This document shows positions 12,624 through 24,500 of a stretch of 64,000 nucleotides of DNA, piece by piece. Position 1 is the first letter of the stretch. Each line of letters begins with the position of its first letter. Below the pieces are notes generated by a model. The model ran no database searches. It saw nothing but the letters and a program-made list of their open reading frames with translations, and was not told the DNA's origin. Source of the stretch: Phoronis australis (taxonomy: Eukaryota; Animalia; Phoronida); NCBI GenBank assembly GCA_002633005.1, contig NMRA01000342.1:416301-480300 (forward strand). The letters run 5' to 3'. The position numbers and the translations under genes were made by a program.

Positions 12624-13014
12624 GTGTGTGTGCTGTTGTACTGGGCAACCTGTTTACTATGCTAGTCATTCTTCATTCGAGACAGAAATAAGATATAGCA
12701 ACATTGAAAGAGAGATCCTCGCAGCCTGTTGGTCATAAGAAAAACTCCACCACTTCATTAGGGCAAACGCGTAATTCTGGCAACAGATCACAAAGCATTG
12801 GAAAGCAACTGAAAGAAATCTATCGTTAAACGTCCCCTCGATTACAGCGCCTCCTTTTGAGGATGTCCAGATGCAATGTAGATGCGATGTACGTGGCTGG
12901 AATTATTAATGCAGTTGCAGATGACTTATTCCGTGTCATTAACAAGAGTATGCCGGACTAGGACTCACCAGACATCTCTGTGATAGGCTTCAATGCTATT
13001 ACCAATAGAATACC

Positions 13015-13247
13015 TGCGCGCACTCAGCCTAAAAAATGGGGGGCTCGAATTTTTGAGAATATGGACGTTTTACTAAAAAACGAGGTACATTCAGAGCCGT
13101 GAATTGTGCATTTGCCGAATTTTTAGTGGGCTTTTGTCACGTTTTCTACTTCTTCGGACTTTTTGTTTCTCTCAGGCGGACCTTTTTGTCCACTTCGCCA
13201 AATGGAGGGCTCGTTCGAGCCCCCTGACCCCCAAGGGTGCGCGCATG
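13015..13247. mobile_element. MITE nested in Gypsy pol; related copy at ~20117-20275 nested inside another MITE
   Basis: tgcgcgcac.cagcctaaaa...tcgaatttttg ... gagccccc..gggtgcgcgcatg; GAATAC on both sides; removing it restores ITNRI.ARPAKLHEIR. Confidence 0.65.
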
Positions 13248-14316
13248 GAATACGTGCAAGACCTGCCAAGCTTCATGAGATAAGAGTTGACAGCAGACGT
13301 TTTAAGACTATCTGACTATCTCATCTGAAGGATGTTGTGTTTGATGGTTGTCGCGAAACCATAAAAACTGACCCCAAGACCTGAGGGAGTACTGAATTTC
13401 AAGGAGGACATCAGTGTGGAAAACGGCTTACTTTTCAAGGAGCACCGGGTTAATATCCTCCCACCATTGAGAAAACAAATGTTAGAGCTGATTCATCAAG
13501 TCGCCTTAGAGTCGAGAAAAGTTTGCTGAAAGTCAAAAAAGTGTATTCTGGCCCGGTATTTGCAATGAAATAAAGCTGATGACCCAGACCTGGTGTGCTT
13601 AGAATTATCTAAGCAGCAACAAAAGGACCCACTCCCACCGCACGCCATACCGACATACCCCTGGCAACGAGTTGGCACAGATTTATTTGACTTCCAGGGA
13701 CCTACGTATCTGCTTGTTGCTGACTACCACAGCAAATTCCCGTTCATGACCAACTTTTGCGGAAAATGTGGATAATGAACCGCGCGTTACAGTTCAAAAG
13801 AGTTTGGAAAGTGTGGGTGATTACTCATAGCAGCAGCTCTCCGATGTACCTTCAGAGTAACGTTTTCGCCGGAAAAACGGTACAAACCGTGAAACAGATC
13901 CTGAAAAATACACATGAATCTGGCGAAAACTTCTATCTTGCGATGTTGAACTACCGTACAACGCCTTAAGACAAACAGTTGTTCTCCCCGCCAACTATGC
14001 TCAATTCGAGAAGTTATCGTACCCAGTTACCTACATGTATCAGATGGTCCCACGGTGTGGAAGAAAATCTGGAACAAATTCAGGTGCGGTAAAATCGTCA
14101 AAAGGCGTATAACGAAAGAAATGCAAGACGTCCACACCCAGCAACCGGTTGTAGTTTACCAACCCAGCTCTAAGACTTCGACATCGGCTACAGTCATGAA
14201 AAAGGCTGACGAGCCACGCTCATACGTTTTGAAAACCCAGGATAGGGCTGAATACTGTCGTAACCGCTCTATGGTCAAACCTTTTAGAGTCATCGCCAGA
14301 TTCTCATGAACCCTTT

Positions 14317-15380
14317 TGACGCACGCATGTAAGCGAGAGCAAGCCAAGTGACGGAGTAGCGAACGTCCAACGCGCTACTGTTTGGGAAATGATGTTTGAG
14401 TCAAGTTCACCGATGAAGTTGTTGCTTCCAGCTGATTCACCCTGCAACAGTGCAACTGTTGTTGTAAGCGTGTTGTGGTAGGTATTAAGACTAGGACCCA
14501 CTACCATCACACTTTTCAAAATTCAACTCCAAAGCTAACAGCTCACACGTCTAATAGTAATCGAAGAGAGCCCGCACGCAATTGGCCATTTTCAAGTAGT
14601 CTCGGGTAAAGTTAAATAGACTAGAATTTCCGGCGCGGACACAGGTAACGTGGCACTGCAGCAAATTTGGCTTAACAATTTCCTGGAGGACGATTTTCAA
14701 TCACTTACAATGTTTGTCACCGTCCTGATGCTAAGCATCATTTTTCCAGTTTGCGTACAATGGTGACTGCAAAGTAGGCCAACAAACTTGAACTAGAAGG
14801 TGACTGCCAGTGAGGACCGCAATAACTCTTTGTGCAATCTTGTTGCTGACGTCATGGCATATATGATGGTGATGATGGCGATTCTGATGCTGATCAGTGT
14901 ACGTTTACCTTCTGGCAATTAAAGTTATTGCAATAGGAGACAGCTGGTTGGATACTGTGAGTGGTGGTGAGAAGCACAGATGTTCAATTGTCGATGCGTT
15001 GGAATACAAATTGAGTGAAACTTTCAGAAGAAAGTACAGTTTTATAGCTCAACTAATTCACCAAATGACCTCAAATTTCGGGATTGAAACGTGTTTGCAT
15101 AAACAAATCGCACCGAGGTTTTCCGTAGATAAGCCCACCCGATGAAACGCCCATGACGAAGCAGATTTTGTATGAAATGAACTTACCTTGAAACCATGGA
15201 AAACTGCCACTAGATAAAACGGACAGACTTCTGCACTGCTTAGATTGGATTAGTTTATACGAGGTTATCGAATTAATACGGCAGACTAATTTCCGTTTAT
15301 AATAGGGGTATCGGTGAACTTCTTATGGTTCATTCGCGTGTGCACGTGCTTGTAGCTTGAGCGTGTCTTTATATGATAAG
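14317..15380 (-). pseudogene. Decayed paralogous fragment of the LamG-F5/8C-PAN gene
   Basis: 14317-14465 aligns with exon 4 and its acceptor (38040-38190): GESAGSNNFIGELDSNI vs GEAAGSYKLIGELDSNI, then a 1-nt frameshift. 15187-15230 resembles the signal-peptide exon end and donor (aag|gtaagt). 15347-15378 resembles the upstream sequence at ~48260-48298. Confidence 0.7.
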
Positions 15381-15654
15381 GAGCAAGAATACACAAGGCC
15401 ACGCTATCGTCCATTATGTCAAGTGGTTAAGGTACTTTTACGTCTTTGGTACGGCCTTCACTGTGAGGTCACCCCATCAGTGCATCAATTGTTTATAGTA
15501 TTGCATATTTTTATATTGAAAACGAAAACGTGCTTGTTCGACCCATTGAAATGTGGCGTTACCCGTCGTCTCAGTTAACAGTATTGTTCATTTTTCGTTT
15601 AGGGTACACAATGAAAATATTGGTTTTGCAGTGGCGGATCTACGGGGGGGGGGT

Positions 15655-15768
15655 NNNNNNNNNNNNNNNNNNNNNNNNNNNNNNNNNNNNNNNNNNNNNN
15701 NNNNNNNNNNNNNNNNNNNNNNNNNNNNNNNNNNNNNNNNNNNNNNNNNNNNNNNNNNNNNNNNNNNN
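15655..15768. other. Assembly gap (114 N)
   Basis: N run starting inside a poly-G tract of a MITE end. Confidence 1.
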
Positions 15769-15771
15769 TAG

Positions 15772-16035
15772 GTCTCGCGACGGACCAGGCCAGCTTGATT
15801 TGTGTAGATGTTGAGTTTCAGTGTACTTCTGGTCCCTCGGCGAACTAGTCTTGTGATTTTTTTACCAAAGTGTGCTTTGTAAAACTATTTATCTCAGCCA
15901 GTACTGTTTGGTCCCGCGACAGATCGACTATTTTTATAGGGATAATAAGCACAGGTGTACTCTTTGTCTCGTGACGGACCAGGTCAGCTTTTTGTGTACT
16001 CTCAGTGTACATCTGGTCCCTCTGCAAACTAGTCC
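15772..16035. repeat. Diverged direct repeat (~70-80 bp, period ~195 bp), probably subterminal repeats of a DNA transposon
   Basis: gtctcg(c/t)gacggaccagg(c/t)cagctt...cagtgtac(t/a)tctggtccctc(g/t)gc(g/a)aactagtc occurs twice. Confidence 0.7.
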
Positions 16036-17478
16036 AGTGTATCTTTTCACCACTGTGCACAGGATGTTTTGGTTTCGTGAAACTGTTTTCATATGATTTG
16101 TTTCCTGATAGATTTGACGTTTTTCAATTGTTTGTCAACGTGATTCAGCTTAATAAAGTGATACCTAATTATTTATTGTCGCTTTTTGACTATGAGTTGA
16201 GAGCACCATCGTTCGCCAGTTTTTCTTGTAACGAGACAGAACACATGTTTATTTCCGGACGAACAGTACGGGTCTTCGTTCTTAACAACTTGAGGCTGCT
16301 GTTACGCGATCATCTGATATTCAAGTTTTTACGCCCCGTCGGTGCTCCTTAATTATGCTCTTGAATATTTGGAAATTGTCTAAACCCCTGTGTACACACC
16401 ACACTTTTCGTATGCTAAAAAAGGTGTGTGTAAGCAGATGTTCCAACAAAAATTTTTGCTGGTGGCGTGACTCATACCCAGATGTGCACAATATGGTATC
16501 ACGAAACGTATGTGCCAAGTTCATGTGACGAAATCTAGAAGGGTTTTTAATTATCCTAAGAAAAACTCCAGAGACATGTTAAGTGCCAGAAACTTACCAG
16601 GATGCATGGAAATTTCACTATTTGGTTACAAACCCCCCTCCCGACCTCCCCCCGCTCGGCGCCACGCGCCTACGATTCGACCTTGGCGGGAATCCTAAAC
16701 CCCCCCTTGCTGAAAACGTAGATCCGCCACTGCCGGTTTTGGATCGGTTTTTGGCCATGTACAGTAACAATAATGTTTTAGATTTTATTTATTTCTTGTA
16801 CTGAACACAGTGTTACATAGGCGGATTTAGGAGGGGGGCCTAGAGGGCCTGCCCCCCCCCCCTTGGCTGCCACAAAAAATAAAACAGCCAGAGCGTAGGG
16901 AAATGCTGAGTTTATTAATTAACCCCGGTAATTAAAATTATACGGATGAAAAAAGATTTAAATGTGTGCAGTTTTAGTGTTGGGGGGGGCTCAAATCCAA
17001 TTTCAAGTGTCAAATTCGGAACACGGCGCATTCGTAACGGAACTATGGCTAAGTGTAGGCTCTCTCGCGATATCCCAGGCGACCGTTTCCGTCGTCTGCT
17101 CCACTGTGCAATGAAGAAAATTTAATTCATTTTTTAAAGAAAATGGAACCTGAGTGACGATGAAAAAACAGAATCTGCTGGTAAGATGTGAATTTTAATC
17201 GAAGCCTTAGTGAATCACTTAGAAACTTGCAATACTCTCTTTGTCAAACCTTATCTTAAGATGATTTCCAAAGCAATCCCGTCATTATTGCCAACACGAA
17301 AAACGGATTTGGTGTTTTGGGCATTTGAAGACTATTTTAAATACGACAAATTTGTTAAGAATTGATGGCACGGCAAAATATAAAACGTGTAATAAGCATT
17401 AAAAAAGAAGTAGGTTTCGCACGCAAACGCTGTGGACCATAAACAAGTAGGTCTTCTAGTAACAATTAGTAGTTAAAT

Positions 17479-17548
17479 CGTGGTGGAGTAGTTGTAACGC
17501 ACGCCCGCTCTATCCGCCAGGTCGTGAGTTCGAGTCTAAGGTACCGTC
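17479..17548 (+). mobile_element. Degenerate tRNA-like SINE head
   Basis: gtggtggagtagttgtaa (A-box-like) ... ggtcgtgagttcgagtct (B-box-like); I could not fold a complete cloverleaf. Confidence 0.4.
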
Positions 17549-18769
17549 AAATTTTTCTATTTGACACGTTCTCCGTGTTTTTTTTCCTTTTTTGCTTGGA
17601 TAATACTTCAGGAATCAAGGAAAATGCTTGATTTTTAGAGGTAAAAACAGAAAAATTTCCTGGGCGAACCCCCCTCCCGACCTCCCCCCATTTGGTGCTA
17701 TGCGCATCTACAATCATGGTTCAGTTTGCGCAAATGCTTACAGCCGGACAAAATGTTGCCCTCCCCCTTGTGATATCCTAGATCTGCCACTGTGTTATAC
17801 ATTCTTTTTCCGTTCTGGCTTTCTATAATACATATACAGTCCCTGGTTCTCTAAATTTATTTTACGTCCCTATTTCGCTTCACACAGCTCGTTACACGGG
17901 AGACAACTTCTTCAAGTCACAACAAAAAGACAGGGGGCACAAGTGAAAACCCAGAAACAACCGAACAGTAGTAACTTTGACAGTTTCTCCAGAAACGTCC
18001 TTTTTCTACGAAGTGGCCAAGCGCGGAGCTTTGCATGGTTATTGTTGGATACCCGGGGTGGCTAAAATGGTATGTCAGGCAACCAAATCTGTACATAGAG
18101 TCTCGTCCATGCGGAATTTGTTGCAGTTACGGCTATATAGGGCCCTAAAAGGTATCCACATTTGGTCAACTTCAGGATTATTTTTAAAAAATTCCATTTT
18201 TGTATGAGAAGCTATATAATATATAGTTTTATGATTTTCGTGAAAAAATCAACAGTTATACAAAATGAAAGCGAAATAATGTAAAAAATGTGAGTGCATT
18301 TTTTGAGGTTTCATCTTGAAAATTTATATTTAGCGAAATTTGGTCATGTTAGTGATACCGTTGTTCAGAAATACCGGAACAACGCTCTGCGCTTGCGCGA
18401 ATCCAGCCTCGCCAGTCTCTCATTCAAAGGCATGTTGAACTTCCAAAAAGAGCTTTCTTGCAGGTCAGTGGAGTAACGGAGTTTATTTGGCCATAGGCGA
18501 CCTAATGTGTGAGCATAAATGAGCCTTCTCTGAAAATTAAAGTGAAGCGTGTTAAATTATATTGGTGTAGATTAGATTTAACTTACATTGACTTGTTTAT
18601 AAAATACTTGGGTATTTTTATGTCAAATAAGAGATTATCTAACATGCCGTTGACAACTTGATTTGTCCTTTACCATTTACTAAGACGAACAGAATTGTCA
18701 AATGAGGTTCTTATGTACAAGTACATGTACCTTGATATCAGCATAGTTACGTAGCAGTCCTTAACTCAA

Positions 18770-19210
18770 ACTTCGTTGAAAACGTACACGACTGCACTTT
18801 TTGTTTGGCGGCTTAATACAGACTCGCTCGAGAGATATAGCAGACAAACAAAGTAAAACACTGGTTATATTTTGAGATCGTATGTCTCATCATCACGAAA
18901 CGAGTGAAATGAACATAATATGAAGAGAACCATAGACATCTTGAAGCGAACTATACAGTGAAATACACGGCGACTGACAGCAGGCAGAGGGGCATACATA
19001 TGCAGTGAGTGTGAACGTATCACACTGTAGGAAACCCACAAATACATAAAAAAGAGCCAGGTGCGGTTGTGTTTTGATTTGTTTTTCTGTTATGTCTTTC
19101 GGTGTTTTGCTTCATAGTTGCACGCCTGAAGAAAGGAGATTGTTTAGAGACTACGAGTGAGTCTGTATTAAGCTGTCAAACAAAAAGTAGAGTGATGTTT
19201 TCAACGAAGT
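18770..19210. mobile_element. MITE with ~70-80-bp terminal inverted repeats
   Basis: acttcgttgaaaac...ctttttgtttggcggcttaatacagactcgctcg vs cgagtgagtctgtattaagctgtcaaacaaaaag...gttttcaacgaagt. Confidence 0.8.
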
Positions 19211-19577
19211 ACCTTGATAACGGAACAATTTTTACTTATTCCTTTCACATTTGAAGCGTATAACTTACTGGAGTTTTCATAATTGTCAGTGTATTGTATG
19301 AACTCTACAGGTTCCCGTCACCCACTTGTATACAACTATGTACATTATTGCAAAAGTAACAGAATTTGTAAGCCATCGAGATGAATTTAACATAAAACTT
19401 GTCCTGAAGATATGTCCTTTCTCACATGTCACTTTGAGGGCTCACGGTTTTAATTTATGGTTGCATTTTTAAAGTTTTAAAATTCATTTTTCTATGCGCC
19501 GTAAATCCCTCATTCCATTTTTGGAGATTTCATATGAAGAATCTGAGATGATTAAAATGGCACATGAAACACACAAT

Positions 19578-19861
19578 CTAGTACTTCGTGTTTTGGTCCA
19601 TGTCAGGCACCACACTGAAATGTTCATATTCTGAACCACGGTCTTCAAAATCATCCTCAGTCAGTTGATGATGTGGCTTGTCTCCTAGTTCACATGTTTG
19701 ACTAACGGGGGCGTAATTGATCCCATGGCACGATACGTTCTGGACACACTGTGCGAGGCACTCTAGCTCATTCTGTGTTGTTGTAACCGTGTGTATATTT
19801 CTGCTTGCCAGAACTTTGTTTCCAATTACAGCTTTCATTTTGCTGAAGGACGACATTGGAC
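19578..19861 (-). CDS. Exon 13, PAN/Apple domain; terminal coding exon
   Basis: ELECLAQCVQNVSCHGINYAPVSQTCELG, matching the PAN CxxxC..C...NY....C.L pattern; ends in TAG. Confidence 0.88.
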
Positions 19862-21475
19862 CTACATGAGAGAAAACAATATTACATTCCATAGTCCAAA
19901 TCACAATAACTCTTGCATCAACGAGTCGGCACTCTTGAAGACGCATTGCTTAAACAAAACCACTTGTATTGTTCGCACACACGTTATTTGACATTTACAA
20001 ATTAAAACACATTGCTCAGGAACATACGCTTCAGTATTTGACTTGCCTTTTTCATGGGCGGATCCAGGATTTTGAGTTATGGGGGCCAGGGCACAGGAAT
20101 AACAAGAATTTCGCCACATGTGCGCGCCCAGCCTAAAATGTAGGCATGCAGGGGTCTCGAATTTTTGGGTTTGTGAAGCTTATTACTAAAAAAACTATAA
20201 ACGGGGTTTGTTCAAGGCATATGCATTGTGCATTCACCCCTCGAGCCCCCCTGGGTGTACGCGAACGCATATGCTAGTCAGCAATTCGCACCCCGAACTG
20301 CCAAATGGAATTTTAGGGGGTGCATGGCCCCCTTGCCCCCCCAAATCCGCCACTGTTTTTTTTCTTACGAGAATCTGACACTACGAATGGAACGGCCAAG
20401 AATTAAATTAATATTAGAATAGGAAGATTTACAAAATAAATTAGTATTTCGATTCCTAATACTCACCTTCTCTGTAAACACAGTTTTTCATGGCCTGCTT
20501 TATCTGATGCGCATTGAGAGCGATGTCGTACAGTTGAACACAAGAAATTTTCCCTTTAAAGTAACGGGTGTCAGACATATCATCCCGTCGTCCAATGCGC
20601 ACGCCGTAACGAGTCTCCAACTCTAGTTGGCCTACATAATGACTATAAACTCTCTCACCGTCAATCCAAAACTTCGTCATGCCTGTGTGGTAGTCATACG
20701 TTATGGACACGTGCTGCCACCTATCTGATGTAAGCACAACCGAGGAAACGCCCAGGCCGTGATCGCCGTCACCATCGCCGATGTTAAAACGTATAAAAAG
20801 TTTTTTTTGACATGGGCCTAAAGCCCATATGTGAAGGCCATACGTCGATACCCCGTTGAGCTTCATATAGTTAAAGATAGGTCCGTCAGAGCCAGAAGAA
20901 CGTGGATATAGATAGGACATCCAAGTAAACGAATACCGGACGTCAATGTTACCACCAACGTTGGGAATTTCAACGTAGTCTGTAGTTTGACCAAAGAATT
21001 CAAAGGCGGTGTTTTTATCGTTTTTTAGTCCAGAAGTTAAGGAGGTGTCGCCGTGCACGCTAAAAGATGTTCCTCTCCCTGTTACGTCAGATGTCACATA
21101 ACGAGCACTCATTGGCCAAAGTGCAACTGGACGAGGTAACGAAGAACCTGCAAAGTTATTATAACTTTAAAACCCGTTCAAAATGAACAATTTCCAACAA
21201 CTTCATGAATTAGTCAAGAACTGTTCAGTTCCACGTCATAAACATTCGTATGATGTGTGACTCTTAATCATTCCATGAAAGAGGGTCTAGTTATAGTCTA
21301 TGTGTTTAGAGTTCGCCTTTAAAATCCATTGAACATTGTGAATCCAATTGGTTTCTTTAAGGGTAATAATGGCAGCTACCAGAAATCAATTATGCTACCA
21401 TGCACCAGGAAAATATTACGGGGTTCTAAGCTCAGAAAATTGTCGCTTAACCGGAGCGGGTACTGTGCTTGGAGC

Positions 21476-21538
<63 letters not shown>

Positions 21539-24500
21539 AACAAACACACACAAACACACACAAACACACACAAACACACACAAACACACAAACACACACA
21601 AACACACACAAACACACACAAACACACAAACACACACAAACACACACAAACACACACACACATAACGTCATATAACAGCAAGCCGAAGCTTATGGCAACA
21701 AAATATCGCCGCGATGATACTAATAAATTCTTATGAACTGCTAAAAAATAACGCCCCCTTCAGATTGTTTGTTCATAAATTGGACTGTACTGATTGTTTT
21801 TGTAAATTTTAAAAATACAGTGATAGATAACGACACACATTTTCATATAAGCTTTATCACAAAAACTCATTCATGAATTTCAAAATGAAGCTTTTAAAAC
21901 GACTTGGGTCTGAATCAAAAGTCGCAAATAGAGAATGCGAAGACATTTGGTTCGCACACGAAATGCAACTTTTACAAAACTGCAGACTGCATAGCGCTGG
22001 GATAGTCTTGTGGTGCATGATAAGTCTATACATGTAGATCAATAAATGAAATTATGAACGGCTTTCTTGAGTATACTGACTCTTGCCTGGAGCTCCAACT
22101 TCTTGATGCCGGCTGATGGTCAATGGTGTACCATGAAGGACCACTGATTCCCTCTGCGCGTAGACAATGAATGCATAAATTTAGTGAAGGTTACTCAACA
22201 AATCAGTGCATTTGTGTCAGTTTGGGCGTCAACCATGCCATGTGTGGTAAAAATGATAGACTTCTGGCTGTTGGTCCATTCGAACCGAGAGAGGTCGCCA
22301 ACAACTTTGATGTATCTGTCAGCACAGTGAAACACCTCCTTCTGGTGCTGTCTATGACTATCCAAGAAATGGTCGTCCACGCGCTACTGTACAAAACCAA
22401 GATAGGCACGTTAGAAGTTTGGTGATGCGCAATCGGCAGATTACAGCCAGGGAAGTCACAGAGTGATTGCGAGGGCAACAACTGAACATGAGCTACCAGG
22501 TGGTGAAGAATCGCCTTCATTTAGCCGACATAAGAGCACATGCGTCCTGCAAGGAAACCAACTGTGACCGCTGTCCATCACCAAACCCGAATGAGATGGT
22601 GTAGGCAACACGTTCGCTGGATAGAACAGTGGAGGACCGTGATGTTCTCTGATGAGTCTCGTTTTTGTTTGCGGCCCATGGAAGACTGTGTGGAGACGGT
22701 GAGGCGAAAGATTTGAACACGACTGTTGCATTACGCGCGTGGCACCACACAATGGAGGCAGTGTTATGGTGTGGGGCGGAATCTCCTTCAACGGAGAATG
22801 TCTAAAGCCCAGCGCTACCACACTCAAGTTTTGAAAATCGTAGCCATAACTTTCGTTCGGACGCTTGGACAAAATGGTATCCTGCAAGACTACAACGCAA
22901 GGCTGCACCGCGCAAGGCCATAGAAAACCATCTGCAAGAACAAGGCATACAGCGTCTACTGGCCAGCAGGAAGTCCTGACCTGAACCCTATAGAACAGCT
23001 GTGTGGCCAGTTTGCTCGACGAGTATGTCGTCGTGTCAAAACCAGAACACATTGAACGATCACCGCATCCTGTAGGAACAGGAGAGGGGAACAATCCCCC
23101 AGCACAGGATTCAGTGCTTAATTAGGAGTATGCGTGAGAGATGCATTGTTGTGGTGAACGCGGGTGGTGACAGTACACGTTACTGATGAGATAGACTGGA
23201 ACCGATCCGATTAGTGTTACGTTATGGCAGGCCGCCATTTTGTGACTTTTGTTTTTGAGCTACTTAACTTGATCGCCAACTTAAATTCGTTTTACGGTAC
23301 AATGTCTAGCAAATGTGAAATCAAAAGATGTGTCTTGAATTAAACTTTCCTGTGATGAAACAACTGTTTTATTTTATTATTCCTTCGTTATATCCTGAAA
23401 AGTATGAAGGAGGTGTTAGTTTTTGAGTAGTTCATATGGGATAAATAGGTTTTACCTATATAACATAAGGTGTTGATTAAGATGGGCTACTCATCTTAAG
23501 GCAGCATCAACAATGCACAGGCAGAGAAGAAATGAATTCCGTAGAAGCAACGATCTAGCAAAGATACAGTAGTGCGATCTCGTGTTTCGTTTGTAATACA
23601 CGGTGATATCACAAAGCACGTATAGGCTGTACTCACCTTGGACGAATTTTGTGGCTGTTGTATAAAGTTCCCACCTCATGGACTGGTGTCCAAACCATGT
23701 CATAGGGAAAACACGGACGTAGCGAGCGTAAAACGGTCTCTTAAGTTGGTGTTTGATAACAGTGTCTTGGTCGTAATTGCCGGTAAACGTGTAAGGGGAT
23801 TCACCTGGAAAAAGGTATACCTTGAAACACTGTTGCGATGATGCAAACCTACATGTAAAGCGCAGGGAATTTGGCGACATTTAGTAGGTAATCACACTTT
23901 AGCGTAACATGCGCCCCAGTACACTAAATCTTCAAATGATGAGTCACGTGACATTTTGTTCTTGACTTGCTTGTCTTTGAGGTCGGAGTAACATTTTCAA
24001 AACCTGAATAAGTTTCCGTCGACGTAATTTCCTGTCAATAAATATGGATGATCATCAGAGACGGATCTAAAGGGGGGCCATTGGGGTCATGCCCCACCAC
24101 CCATAAAATTTCCACAGATTCCAGTTGGCAGTTCGGGGGTGCTAATGTCTGGTGGCCAAAATCCTCCTGTTTTATTTTGAGCGCAGTTTGCGACTAGGCG
24201 ATCGGAAAGCGGAACATTTCACCTTCAATGTGTTCGTATATCCTGAAAAACCTATTTTATTGGCAGAATTAATACTGGTTTGGAAACGGCGACAGAAACC
24301 ATTTCCGTTTCGACAGAAGCAGTATTTACATCTACAGTGGCCATTGTTTTTCACGGCCTCTAGAGGGCACTTTTTCCATCGTAATGGGACTGAACTACAT
24401 TGCATTCATACCAAACAGACAACATACCGTAACTATACAATGAGAGGCTACTCTCCGTGTCTCCATACTGTAACCGGTAGGACATCACGTACTGATTGTG

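Larger units (their letters stand above)
11340..14310 (+). mobile_element. Degraded Ty3/Gypsy LTR retrotransposon internal region (gag-pol relic)
   Basis: Gag-like LQNYWTRFEAHVKP (~11510); zinc knuckle KCPAKNAQCHKCYDAGH (~11985-12040); protease-like DVGAEANVL (~12293); RNase H-like ATDHKAL and PRLQRLLLRM (~12780-12870); integrase PWQRVGTDLFDFQG..LLVADYHSKFP, SSPMYLQSN..KTVQTVK, LAMLNYRTTP (13640-13969); many stops and frameshifts; no RT core recognised. Confidence 0.85.

Noticed and set aside
21329-21736. His/Thr- or Cys/Val-rich ORFs (also 10814-11132, 48818-49090, 6406-6651)
   Set aside because: Translations of (CA)n microsatellites
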